A stretch of DNA of 64,000 nt. It comes from Squalus acanthias (Eukaryota). Every line of letters starts with the position of its first letter. Position 1 is the stretch's first letter. The position numbers were made by a program, and so were the translations under genes. Location: NCBI GenBank assembly GCA_030390025.1, contig JASTWF010000353.1, forward strand, positions 1-64,000, read 5' to 3'. Positions 50,366-64,000 of the stretch are shown piece by piece. The notes under the pieces were generated by a model, which made no database searches, was not told the DNA's origin, and saw only the letters and a program-made list of their open reading frames with translations.

Positions 50366-53300
50366 ATAAGAACATAAGAACATAAGAAATAGGAGCAGCA
50401 GTAGGCCAATTGGCCCCTCGAGCCTACTCCGCCATTCAATAAGATCATGGCTGATCTGATCCTAACCACCAATCTACTATCACAGAACCATCTCCTGAAC
50501 CTAACAGAATTGGACACACGAAATAGGAGCAGGATCAGTCTACACGACCCCTGGGCCCGCTACGCTACCCACAGGGTCATGACCGATCTGAACCTAGACT
50601 CATGTCCAAATTCCTACCCGCTCCCCGTAACCCTTAATTCCCTTTACTTCTAGGAAACTGTCTATTTCTGTTTTAAATTTATGTAATGATGTAGCTTCTA
50701 CAGCTTTTTGGGGCAGCATATTCCATGGACCTACCACCCTCTGAGTGAAGTAGTTCCTTCTCATCTCAGTTTTGAAAGAGCAGCCCCTTATTCTAAGACT
50801 ATGCCCCCTAGTTCTAGTTTCACCCATCATCGGGAACATCCTCCCCGCATCCACCCGATCCAACCCCTTCACAATCTTATATGTTTCAATAAGATTGCCT
50901 CTCATTCTTCTGAACTCCAATGAGTAGAGTCCCAATCTACCCAACCTCTCCTCATATGTCCATCCCCTCATCCCCGGGATTAACCGAGTGAACCTTCTTT
51001 GTACTGACTTGAGAGCAAGTATGTCTTTTCTTAAGTATGGACACCAAAACTGTATGCAGTATTCCAGGTGTGGTCTCACCAATACCTTGTACAACTGAAG
51101 CAATACCTTCCTATATTTATATTATATCCCCCTAGCAATGAAAGCCAACATTCCATTGGTCTTCTTAATCACTTGCTGCACCTGCATACTAACCTTTTGA
51201 GTTTCATGCACCAGGACCCCCAGATCCCTTTGTACTTCAGTACTTTCCAGTTTCTTGCCATTAAGATAATAACTTGCTCTACTATTTTTCCTGCCAAAGT
51301 GCATAACCTCACACTTTCCAGTATTGTATTCCATCTGCCAAATCTCTGCCCACTTACTTAGCCTGTCTATGTCCCCTTGCAGATTTTTTATGTCCTCCTC
51401 ACTCACTACTTTCCCTCCCATCTTAGTATCATCTGCAAACTTTGATATGTTACACTCGGTCCCCTCCTCCAAATCGTTAATATAGATTGTAAAGAGTTGG
51501 GGACCCAGCACTGACCCCTGCGGAACACCACTAGTTACTGATTGCCAGTCTGAGAATGAACCATTTATCCCAACTCTCTGCCTTCTGTTAGATAGCCAAT
51601 CCTCTATCCATGCCAGAATATTACCCCCAATCCCGTGATTTTTTATCTTAAGCAATAATCTTTTGTGTGGCACCTTGTCAAATGCCTTTTGGAAGTCTAA
51701 ATACACCACATCCACTGGTTCCCCTTTATCCACCCTGTATGTTACTTCCTCAAAGAACTCCAGCAAATTTGTCAAACATGACTTCCCCTTCATAAAACCA
51801 TGCTGACTTTGTCCTATTAAATAATGATTATCCAAATGTCCCGTTACTGTCTCCTTAATAATGGACTCCAAAATTTTACCTACCACAGATGTTAGGCTAA
51901 CCGGTCTATAGTTTCCAGCCTTCTGTCGACTGCCCTTTTTAAATAAGGGTGTTACATTAGCAGTTTTCCAGTCTGCCGGGATCTTTGCTGAGTCCAGGGA
52001 GTTTTGGAAAATTATTACCAATGCATCCACAATCCCTACCGCCACTTCCCTCAAGACCCTAAGATGTAAGCCATCAGGTCCAGGTGATTTATCCGCCTTG
52101 AGTCCCATTATTTTACCGAGTACCACTTCCTTAGTGATTTTGATCGTGTTTAGCTCCTCCCCCCCTATAGCCCCCTGTTTGTCCAGTGTTGGGATATTCT
52201 TAGTGTCCTCTACTGTAAAGACTGATACAAAATATTCATTCAGTGTATTTGCCATCTCCATATTTCCCACCATTAATTTCCCGGTCTCATCCTCTAAGGG
52301 ACCAACATTTACTTTAGCCACCCTTTTTCTTTTTATATAACTATAAAAACTCTTACTATCTGTTTTTATATTTTTTGCTAATTTACTTTCATAATCTATC
52401 TTCCCTTTCTTAATCAATCTTTTTGTTATTTTTTGCTGTCTTTTAAAGTTTTCCCAATCCTCTATCCCCCCACTTGATTTGGCTACCTTATTAGCCCTTG
52501 TTTTTAGTCAAATACTATCCTTATTATCTTTACTTAGCCATGGATGACTGTCTTTTCTTTTACACCCTTTTCTTCTCAGTGGAATATATATTTTTTGGAA
52601 GTTGTAAAATAACTCCTTAAATGTACACCACTGATCATGTATCGTCTTACCCTTTAATCTATTTTCCCAATCCACTCTACTCAATTCCGCTCGCATACCT
52701 TCATAGTCTCCTTTATTCAAGCTTAGCACACTTGTTTGAGATCCAACCTTCTCACCCTCTAATTGAATATGGAATTCAACCATGTTACGGTCACTCATTC
52801 CAAGGGGATCCTTTATTAGGACATTTTTAATTAATCCTGTCTTGTTAGACAGGACCAGATCTAAGGTTGCTTGCCCCCTGGTCGGTTCAGTTATATACTG
52901 CTCAAGAAACCCATCCCTAATACACTCAATGAACTCATCCTCAAGGCAGCCCTGCCCATTTTGATTTGTCCAATTAATATGATAGTTAAAATCCCCCATA
53001 ATTATAGATGTTCCCTTATTACAAGCCTCAACTATTTCCTGATTGATACTCCGTCCAACAGAGTTGCAACTGTTCTGAGGCCTATAGACTACGCCCACTA
53101 GTGCTTTTTTTCCCCTTATTATTCCTTATCTCCACCCAAACTGTTTCATTATCCTGATCTTTTGACCCAATATCATTTCTCTGTATTACAGTGATTCCTT
53201 CCTTTATTAACATAGCCACCCCACCTCCCCTTCCTTCCTGCCTGTCCTTCCTGATCGTTAAATAACCTGGTATGTTTAATTCCCAGGCATTGTCACCCTG

Positions 53301-55143
53301 CAGCCATGTTTCTGTAATAGCCACAAGATCATACCCATATGTAGTTATTTGTGCCATTAACTTGTCTATTTTGTTACGAATGCTACGTGCATTCAGATAG
53401 AGAACATTCAAATATGTTTTGTGACACTTAGTTCCTGCTTTTGCCCTTTTTATTACTTTACCTTTTACTCCATACCTTCTGCCCCTTCCTGACACACTCT
53501 GGTTTTTAATTTCCCCACTGCTACCTAAGTCTATGACCTTCTCTGTTGTCATTTTTATTATTTGCTCTCTAGGAACCTCCCCCCCACTAGTTAGTTTAAA
53601 GCCCTCTCTACAGCCCTAGTTATATGATCCGCCAGGACTCTAGTCCCAGCACTGGCCAAGTGAAGCCCGTCCCAACGGAACAGCTCCCTCCTGCCCCAGT
53701 ACTGGTGCCAGTGTCCCAGGAAGCAAAGCCCATTTCTCCCACACCAGTCTTTGAGCCACTCATTTAACACTCTAATTTTATTTGTCCTAGCCAAATTCGC
53801 TCGTGGCTCAGGTAATAATCCAGAGATTATTACCCTTGAGGTTCTGTTTTTTAATTTGACCCCTAGCTGCTCATACTCCTTTAACAGAACCGGCTTCCTT
53901 GTCCTATCTATGTTGTTTGTACCAACATGGACCATGACAACTGGATCCACCCCCTCCCACTGCAAGCTCCTTTCCAGCCCAGAGGAGATGTCCTTAACCT
54001 TGGCACCGGGCAGGCAACACAGCCTATGGGACGCTCGCTCTCGGCTGCAGAGAACTCTATCTATCGCCCTAATAATACTATCCCCTACCACTACAAAATT
54101 TCTATTTACTCCCCCCTCTTGAATGGCCCCCTGTTCCATGGTGCTGTGGCCAGGTTGCTCATCCTCCCTGCAGTCCCTGCTCCTGTCCCCACAGGGAGTA
54201 AGAACCTCGAACCTGTTGGACAAGAGCAAGGGCTGCGGCTCCTCCAACACTACCTCCTAGATCCCCGTACCTGCCTCACTCGTAGTCACACCGTCCTGTC
54301 CCTGACCATGGGCTACATCTGAATTAATTAACTTCATAGGTGTGACCACCTCCTGAAACACAGAGTCCAGGTACTTCTCCCCCTCCCTGATGTGTCGCAG
54401 TGTCTAAAGCTCAGACTCCAGCTCATCAACACGGAGCTGGAGTTCCTGTAGCAGCAGACACTTGTCACAGATGTAATCACCGTGAGCCTCAATGGGGTCC
54501 ACCGGCTCCCACATCTCGCAACAGTAACACATCACCTGCTCCATTCTATGTAATTAATTTAAAAAATGTATTGTTAGTTATGGACACTCTCTGCCCGATT
54601 ATAGATGCTAGTAACCCCTCTAATTAATTGGATTTAAATTAAATCAATCCCTCTATATTACACCAGTTAAATGGTTTACCAACAGTCACTCTGCACCAGA
54701 AAGGCCTTATTGACTACAACCCACAGAGTTAAAGTTTGAAAAGAGCACCCTACACCCCACTCACCCGAACTCACACTTACCCAAACTCAGCACTCTCTGC
54801 TGACTCGCACTCAGTGCTTGCTAGCACTAGCACTGGTCTTTTTATACTGTTTGTTTGTTTACAACCAAATGAGTCAACCCTGCTGATTGATTAGAAAACT
54901 GGTTTACAACTGCCTGCTGTGCCAATTTACTCCTACTGCAGTGCAACCTTGTTTTACTCTTCTTAAACCAACAGAATCCCAAATATTTAACTTTTCCCCT
55001 TCACTTAAACTGCTTAAGTACTCTTATCAAGAATGATTTAAAGAGAACTAACAATTAAAGAACTCTCACACTTACCCAAACTCAGCACTCTCTGCTGACT
55101 TGCACTCAGTACTTGCTCGCACGAACACTGGTCTGTTTATACT
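50366..55143 (-). mobile_element. Essentially full-length CR1 LINE (5' UTR, ORF1, ORF2, 3' tail) with a few disabling mutations, inserted in the 20-bp array
   Basis: ORF1 from ATG ~54544 (MEQVMCYCCEMW...ICDKCLLLQELQ, premature stop) and 53591-54250 esterase-like; ORF2 pieces 53082-53552, 52508-53098, 51122-52417, 50600-51103; (CATAAGAA)n tail at ~50366-50388. Confidence 0.95.
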
Positions 55144-58100
55144 CTGTATCTGCCCCTCACTCACTGTATCTGCCCCTCGATCTCTGATTTGCCCCTCACT
55201 CCCTGTTTCTGCCCCTCACTTTCTATATCTGCCCCATACTCTCTGTATCTGCCCCTCACTCTCTGTATCTGCCCCACACTCTCTGTTTCAGCCCCTCATT
55301 CTCTGTATCTGACCCATACTCTCTGCTTCTGCCCCTCACTCTCTGTATCTGCCCCTCACTCTCTGTATCTGCCCCTCACTCTCTGTTTCTGCCCCTCATT
55401 CTCTGCTTCTGCCCCTCACTCTCTGCTTCTGCCCCTCATTCTCTGTATCTGCCCCTCACTCTCTGTATCTGCCCCTCACTCTCTGTATCTGGCCCTCGAT
55501 CTCTGTATCTGTCCCTCACTCTCTGTATGTGCTCCTCACTCTCTGTATCTGCCCCTCAATCTCTGTATCTGCCCCTCACTCTCTGTATGTGCCCCTCACT
55601 CTCTGTATCTGCCCCATACTCTCTGTATCTGCCCCTCACACTCTGTATCTGCCCCTCACTCTCTGTATCTGTCCCTCACTCTCTGTATCTGCCCCTCATT
55701 CTCTGTATCTGCCCCTGACTCTCTGTATCTGCCCCATACTCTCTGTATCTGCCCCTCACTATCTGTATCTGCCCCTCACTCTCTGTTTCTGTCCCTCACT
55801 CTCTGTATCTGCCCCTCACTCTCTGTATCTGCCCATCGATCTCTGTATGTGCCCCCACTCTCTGTATCTGCCCCTCGCTCTATGTATCTGCTCCTCAATC
55901 TCTGTATATGCCCCTCGATCTCTATATCTGCCCCTCGATCTCTGTATCTGCCCCTTGCTCTCTGTATCTGCCCCTCGATCTCTGTATATGCCCCTCGATC
56001 TCTATATCTGCCCCTCGATCTCTCTGTATCTACCCCTCAATCTCTGTATCTGCCCCTCACTCTCTGTATCTGCCCCTCGCTCTCTGTATCTGCCCCTCGA
56101 TCTCTGTATATGCCCCTCTATCTCTATATCTGCCCCTCGATCTCTCTGTATCTACCCCTCAATCTCTGTATCTGCCCCTCGATCACTCTGTCTCGGCCCC
56201 GCAATCGCAATATCTGCCCCTCACTCTCTGTATCTGCCCCATAGTCTCTATATCTCCACTCGATCTTCTGTATCGGCCCCTCGACCGCAATATCTGCCCC
56301 TCACTCTCTGTATCTGCCCCTCACTCTCTGTATCTGCACCTCGATCTCTCTGTATCTGCCCCAGACTCTCTGTATCTGCCCCATACTCTCTGTATCTGCC
56401 CCTCACTCTCTGTATCTGTCCATCACTCTCTGCATCTGCCCCTCGATCTCTCTGTATCTGCACTTCACTCACTGTATCTGCCCCTCAGTTTCTGTGTCTG
56501 CCCCTTGATCGCTGTATCTGCCCCTCACTCGCTATATCTGCCCCTCACTCTCTGTATAATCCCTCACTCTGTATCTGCCCTCACTCTCTGTTACTGCCCA
56601 TCGATCCCTGCATCTGCCCCTTGATCTCTGTATCGGTCCCCTCACTCTCTGTATCTGCCCCTCGATCGCTGTATCTGCCCCTCGATCTCTGTATCTGCCC
56701 CTCACTCTCTGTATAGCCCCTCGATCGCTGTATTTTCCCCTCACTCACTGTAACTGCCCCTCGATCGCTGTATCTGCCTCTCACTCTGTGTAGCTGGCCC
56801 TCGATCACTATATCTGCCCCTCACTCTCTGTATCTGCCCCTCACTCTCTGTATCTGCTCCTCGATCGCTGTATCTGCCCCTAATTCCCTGTTTCTGCCCC
56901 TCAATCTTTGTATCTGCCCCTCCATCTCTCTGTATCTGTCCCTCACTCTCTGTATCTGCCCCTCGTTCTCTCTGTATCTGCACCTCACACTCTGTAAGTG
57001 CCCCTCACTCTCTGCATCTGCCCCTCACGCTCTGTATCTGCCCCTCACTATCTGTATCTGCCCCTCACTCTCTGTATCTGCCCCTCGATCTCTGTATCTG
57101 CCCCTCACTCGCTATATCTGCCCCTCACTCTCTGTATGTGCCCCTCAATCTCTGTATCTGCCCCTCACTCTCTGTATCTGTCCCTCACTCTCTGTATCTG
57201 CCCCTCATTCTCTGTATCTGCCCCATACTCTCTGTATCTGCCCCTCACGCTCTGTATCTGCCCCTCACTCTCTGTATCTGTCCCTCACTCTCTGTATCTG
57301 CCCCTCATTCTCTGTATCTACCCCTGACTCTCTGTATCTGCCCCATACTCTCTGTATCTGCCCCTCACTATCTGTATCTGCCCCTCAGTCTCTGTATCTG
57401 CCCCTCACTCTCTGTTTCTGTCCCTCACTCTCTGTATCTGTCCCTCACTCTCTGTATCTGCCCATCGATCTCTGTATGTGCCCCCACTCTCTGTATCTGT
57501 CCCTGTCTCTCTGTTTCTGCCCCTCGTTCTCTGTATCAGCCCCTCACTCTCTGTATCTGCCCCTCGCTCTCTGTATCTACCCCTCAATCTCTGTATATGC
57601 CCCTCGATCTCTATATCTGCCCCTCGATCTCTCTGTATCTGCCCCTCAATCTCTGTATCTGCCCCTCGATCACTCTGTCTCGGCCCCGCGATCGCAATAT
57701 CTGCCCCTCACTCTCTGTATCTGCCCCATAGTCTCTGTATCTCCACTCGATCTTCTGTATCGGCCCCTCGATCGCAATATCTGCCCCTCACTCTCTGTAT
57801 CTGCCCCTCACTCTCTGTATCTGCCCCTCGATCTCTCTGTATCTGCCCCTGACTCTCTGTATCTGCCACATACTCTCTGTATCTGCCCCTCGATCTCTGT
57901 ATCTGTCCATCACTCTCTGCATCTGCCCCTCGATCTCTCTTTATCTGCACTTCACTCACTGTATCTGCCCCTCAGTTTCTGTGTCTGCCCCTGGATCGCT
58001 GTATCTGCCCCTCACTCGCTATATCTGCCCCTCACTCTCTGTATAATCCCTCACTCTGTATCTGCCCTCACTCTCTGTTACTGCCCATCGATCACTGCAT

Positions 58101-61100
58101 CTGCCCCTCGATCTCTGTATCGGCCCCCTCACTCTCTGTATCTGCCCCTCGATCGCTGTATCTGCCCCTCGATCTCTGTATCTGCCCCTCACTCTCTGTA
58201 TCTGCCCCTCATTCTCTGTATCTACCCCTGACTCTCTGTATCTGCCCCATACTCTCTGTATCTGCCCCTCACTATCTGTATCTGCCCCTCAGTCTCTGTA
58301 TCTGCCCCTCACTCTCTGTTTCTGTCCCTCACTCTCTGTATCTGTCCCTCACTCTCTGTATCTGCCCATCGATCTCTGTATGTGCCCCCACTCTCTGTAT
58401 CTGTCCCTGTCTCTCTGTTTCTGCCCCTCGTTCTCTGTATCAGCCCCTCACTCTCTGTATCTGCCCCTCGCTCTCTGTATCTACCCCTCAATCTCTGTAT
58501 ATGCCCCTCGATCTCTATATCTGCCCCTCGATCTCTCTGTATCTGCCCCTCAATCTCTGTATCTGCCCCTCGATCACTCTGTCTCGGCCCCGCGATCGCA
58601 ATATCTGCCCCTCACTCTCTGTATCTGCCCCATAGTCTCTGTATCTCCACTCGATCTTCTGTATCGGCCCCTCGATCGCAATATCTGCCCCTCACTCTCT
58701 GTATCTGCCCCTCACTCTCTGTATCTGCCCCTCGATCTCTCTGTATCTGCCCCTGACTCTCTGTATCTGCCACATACTCTCTGTATCTGCCCCTCGATCT
58801 CTGTATCTGTCCATCACTCTCTGCATCTGCCCCTCGATCTCTCTTTATCTGCACTTCACTCACTGTATCTGCCCCTCAGTTTCTGTGTCTGCCCCTGGAT
58901 CGCTGTATCTGCCCCTCACTCGCTATATCTGCCCCTCACTCTCTGTATAATCCCTCACTCTGTATCTGCCCTCACTCTCTGTTACTGCCCATCGATCACT
59001 GCATCTGCCCCTCGATCTCTGTATCGGCCCCCTCACTCTCTGTATCTGCCCCTCGATCGCTGTATCTGCCCCTCGATCTCTGTATCTGCCCCTCACTCTC
59101 TGTATCTGCCCCTCATTCACTGTATCTACCCCTGACTCTCTGTATCTGCCCCATACTCTCTGTATCTGCCCCTCACTATCTGTATCTGCCCCTCAGTCTC
59201 TGTATCTGCCCCTCACTCTCTGTTTCTGTCCCTCACTCTCTGTATCTGTCCCTCACTCTCTGTATCTGCCCATCGATCTCTGTATGTGCCCCCACTCTCT
59301 GTATCTGTCCCTGTCTCTCTGTTTCTGCCCCTCGTTCTCTGTATCAGCCCCTCACTCTCTGTATCTGCCCCTCGCTCTCTGTATCTACCCCTCAATCTCT
59401 GTATATGCCCCTCGATCTCTATATCTGCCCCTCGATCTCTCTGTATCTGCCCCTCAATCTCTGTATCTGCCCCTCGATCACTCTGTCTCGGCCCCGCGAT
59501 CGCAATATCTGCCCCTCACTCTCTGTATCTGCCCCATAGTCTCTGTATCTCCACTCGATCTTCTGTATCGGCCCCTCGATCGCAATATCTGCCCCTCACT
59601 CTCTGTATCTGCCCCTCACTCTCTGTATCTGCCCCTCGATCTCTCTGTATCTGCCCCTGACTCTCTGTATCTGCCACATACTCTCTGTATCTGCCCCTCA
59701 CACTCTGTATCTGTCCATCACTCTCTGCATCTGCCCCTCGATCTCTCTTTATCTGCACTTCACTCACTGTATCTGCCCCTCAGTTTCTGTGTCTGCCCCT
59801 GGATCGCTGTATCTGCCCCTCACTCGCTATATCTGCCCCTCACTCTCTGTATAATCCCTCACTCTGTATCTGCCCTCACTCTCTGTTACTGCCCATCGAT
59901 CACTGCATCTGCCCCTCGATCTCTGTATCGGCCCCCTCACTCTCTGTATCTGCCCCTCGATCGCTGTATCTGCCCCTCGATCTCTGTATCTGCCCCTCAC
60001 TCTCTGTATAGCCCCTTGATCGCTGTATTTTCCCCTCACTCACTGTAACTGCCCCTCGATCGCTGTATCTGCCTCTCACTCTGTGTATCTGGCCCTCGAT
60101 CACTATATCTGCCCCTCACTCTCTGTATCTGCCCCTCACTCTCTGTATCTGCTCCTCGATCGCTGTATCTGCCCCTCATTCCCGGTTTCTGCCCTCAATC
60201 TTTGTATCTGCCCCTCGATCACTCTGTCTCGGCCCCGCGATCGCAATATCTGCCTCTCACTCTCTGTATCTGCCCCTCACTCTCTGTATCTGCCCCTCGA
60301 TCTCCCTGTATCTACCCCTCAATCTCTGTATATGCCCCTCGATCTCTATATCTGCCCCTCGATCTCTCTGTATCTGCCCCTCAATCTCTGTATCTGCCCC
60401 TCGATCTCTGTATCTGCCCCTCGATCTCTCTGTATCTGCCCCTCAATCTCTGTATCTGCCCCTCGATCTCTGTATCTGCCCCTCCATCTCTCTGTATCTG
60501 TCCCTCACTCTCTGTATCTGCCCCTCATTCTCTCTGTATCTGCACCTCACACTCTGTAAGTGCCCCTCACTCTCTGCATCTGCCCCTCACTCTCTGTATC
60601 TGCCCCTCACTCTCTGTATCTTCCCCTCACTCTCTGTATCTGCCCCTTGATCTCTGTATCTGCCCCTCACTCGCTGTATCTGCCCCTCACTCTCTGTATC
60701 TGCCCCTCAATCTCTGTATCTGCCCCTCACTCTCTGTATCTGTCCCTCACTCTCTGTATCTACCCCTCATTCTCTGTATCTGCCCCATACACTCTGTATC
60801 TGCCCCTCACGCTCTGTATCTGCCCCTCACTCTCTGTATCTGTCCCTCACTCTCTGTATCTGCCCCTCATTCTCTGTATCTGCCCCTGACTCTCTGTATC
60901 TGCCCCATACTCTCTGTATATGCCCCTCACTATCTGTATCTGCCCCTCTGTCTCTGTATGTGCCCCCACTCTCTGTATCTGTCCCTGACTCGCTGTTTCT
61001 GCCCCTCGTTCTCTGTATCAGCCCCTCACTCTCTGTATCTGCCCCTCGCTCTCTGTATCTACCACTCAATCTCTGTATATGCCCCTCGATCTCTATATCT

Positions 61101-64000
61101 GCCCCTCGATCTCTCTGTATCTGCCCCTCAATCTCTGTATCTGCCCCTCGATCACTCTGTCTCGTCCCCGCGATCGTAATATCTGCCCCTCACTCTCTGT
61201 ATCTGCCCCATAGTCTCTGTATCTCCACTCGATCTTCTGTATCGGCCCCTCGATCGCAATATCTGCCCCTCACTCTCTGTATCTGCCCCTCACTCTCTGT
61301 ATCTGCCCCTCGATCTCTCTGTATCTGCCCCTGACTCTCTTTATCTGCCCCATACTCTCTGTATCTGCCCCTCACACTCTGTATCTGTCCATCACTCTCT
61401 GCATCTGCCCCTCGATCTCTCTGCATCTGCACTTCACTCACTGTATCTGCCCCTCACTTTCTGTGTCTGCCCCCGATCGCTGTATCTGCCCCTCACTCGC
61501 TATATCTGCCCCTCACTCTCTGTATAATCCCTTACTCTCTGTATCTGCCCCGCGATCTCTGTATCTGCCCCTCAATCTCTGTATCTGCCCCTCGATCGCT
61601 GTATTTTCCCCGCACTCACTGTAACTGCCCCTCGATCACTGTATCTGCCTGTCATTCTCTGTATCTGGCCCTCGATCACTATATCTGCCCCTCACTCGCT
61701 GTATCTGCCCCTCACTCTCTGTATCTGCCCCTCGATCGCTGTATCTGCCCCTCACGCTCTGTATCTGCCCCTCAGTCTCTGTATCTGTCCCTCAGTCTCT
61801 GTATCTGCCCCTCATTCTCTGGACCTGCCCCATACTCTCTGTATCTGCCCCATACTCTCTGTATCTGCCCCTCACTATCTGTATCTGCCCCTCAGTCTCT
61901 GTATCTGCCCCTCACTCTCTGTTTCTGTCCCTCACTCTCTGTATCTGCCCCTCACTCTCTGTATCTGCCCCTCGCTTTCTGTATCTACCCCTCAATCTCT
62001 GTATATGCCCCTCGATCTCTATATCTGCCCCTCGATCTCTCTGTATCTGCCCCTCAATCTCTGTATCTGCCCCTCGATCACTCTGTCTCGGCCCCGCGAT
62101 CGCAATATCTGCCCCTCACTCTCTGTATCTGCCCCTCACTCTCTGTATCTGCCCCTCGATCTCTCTGTATCTGCCCCTGACTCTCTGTATCTGCCCCATA
62201 CTCTCTGTATCTGCCCCTCACTCTCTGTATCTGTCCATCACTCTCTGCATCTCCCCTCGATCTCTCTGTATCTGCACTTCACTCACTGTATCTGCCCCTC
62301 ACTTTCTGTGTCTGCCCCTTGATCGCTGTATCTGCCCCTCACTCGCTATATCTGCCCTCACTCTCTGTATATTCCCTTACTCTCTGTATCTGCCCCTCGA
62401 TCTCTGTATCTGCCCCTCACTCTCTGTATCTGCCCCTCGATCGCTGTATTTTCCCCTCACTCACTCTAACTGCCCCTCGATCACTGTATCTGCCTCTCAC
62501 TCTCTGTATCTGGCCCTCGATCACTATATCTGCCCCTCACTTGCAGTATCTGCCCCTCACTCTCTGTATCTGCCCCTCGATCGCTGTATCTGCTCCTCAC
62601 GCTCTGTATCTGCCCCTCAGTCTCTGTATCTGTCCCTCACTCTCTGTATCTGCCCCTCATTCTCTGTATCTGCCCCTGACTCTCTGTATCTGCCCCATAC
62701 TCTCTGTATCTGTCCCTCACTCTTTGTATCTGCCCCTCACTCTCTGTATCTGCCCATCGATCTCTGTATGTGCCCCCACTCTCTGTATCTGCCCCTGACT
62801 CTCTGTTTCTGCCCCTCAATCTCTCTGTATCTACCCCTCACTCTCTGTATCTGTCCCTCACTCTCTCTATCTGCCCCTCATTCTCTGTATCTGCCCCTGA
62901 CTCTCTGTATCTGCCCCATACTCTCTGTATCTGCCTCTCCCTATCTGTATCTGCCCCTCAGTCGCTGTATCTGCCCGTCACTCTCTGTTTCTGTCCCTCA
63001 CTCTCTGTATCTGCCCTTCACTCTCTGTATCTGCCCATCGATCTCTGTATGTGCCCCCCCTCTCCGTATCTGCCCCTGACTCTGTTTCTGCCCCTCGTTC
63101 TCTGTATCAGCCCCTCACTCTCTGTATCTGCCCCTCGCTCTCTGTATCTACCCCTCAATCTCTGTATATGCCCCTCGATCTCTATATCTGCCCCTCGATC
63201 TCTCTGTATCTGCCCCTCACTCTCTGTATCTGCCCCTCGATCTCTCTGTATCTACACCTCGATCTCTGTATCTGCCCCTCACTCTCTGAATATGCCCCTC
63301 GATCTCTGTATCTGCCCCTCGATCTCTGTATATGCCCCTCGATTTCTATATCTGCCCCCTCGATCTCTCTGTATCTGCCCCACAATCTCTGTATCTGCCC
63401 CTTGATCACTCTGTCTCGGCCCCGCGATCGCAATATCTGCCCCTCACTCTCTGTAACTGCCCCATCGTCTCTGTATCTCCACTCGATCTTCTCTATCGGC
63501 TCCTCGATCGCAATTTCTGCCCCTCACTCTCTGTATCTGCCCCTCACTCTCTGTATCTGCCCCTCGATCTCTCTGTATCTGCCCCTGACTCTCTGTATCT
63601 GCCCCATTCTCTCTGTATCTGTCCCTCACTCTCTGTATCTGTCCATCACTCTCTGCATCTGCCCCTCGATCTCTCCGTATCTGCACTTCACTCACTGTAT
63701 CTGCCTCTCACTTTCTGTGTCTGCCCCTTGATCGCTGTATCTGCCCCTCACTCGCTATATCTGCCCCTCACTCTCTGTATAATCCCTCACTCTCTGTATC
63801 TGCCCCTCACTCTCTGTATCTGCCCCTCACTCTCTGTATCTGCCCCTGACTCTCTGTATCTGCCCCATGCTCTCTGTATCTGCCCCTCACTATCTGTATC
63901 TGCCCCTCAGTCTCTGTTACTGCCCCTCACTCTCTGTTTCTGTCCCTCACTCTCTGTATCTGCCCCTCACTCTCTGTATCTGCCCATCAATCTCTGTATG
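55144..64000. repeat. Minisatellite, 20-bp unit (right part) with 904-bp higher-order repeat; runs off the window
   Basis: Same unit; near-identical ORFs recur at 57476, 58380 and 59284. Confidence 0.97.

Noticed and set aside
47609..63731. Long Cys/Leu/Pro-rich ORFs (SVSAPHSLYLPLTLCICP), up to 922 aa
   Set aside because: The 20-bp unit lacks stops on the + strand; not a gene

Overview
Eukaryotic genomic DNA, most likely from a cartilaginous fish (shark-type CR1 LINEs with (ATGTTCTT)n tails, HE1-like and DeuSINE-like SINEs, Penelope-type ends). The one host gene is a + strand ZNF831 (HIVEP/Schnurri-family) zinc-finger gene. It has a 5.3-kb first coding exon (18784-24042) holding the N-terminal C2H2 pair and an in-frame 45 x 27-bp repeat. 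Three small phase-compatible exons follow (37663-37793, 38167-38336, 46516-46614), and the last two encode a second, HIVEP-type C-terminal C2H2 pair. More than half the window is minisatellite (23-bp, ~30-bp, ~22-24-bp in two opposite orientations, and 20-bp with a 904-bp higher-order repeat). Most of the rest is nested CR1/L2-type LINEs, a solo LTR, a hairpin-rich MITE and two ~90-nt insertions with a minimal hammerhead-ribozyme fold. Nearly all long ORFs in the ORF track are translations of tandem repeats, not genes.
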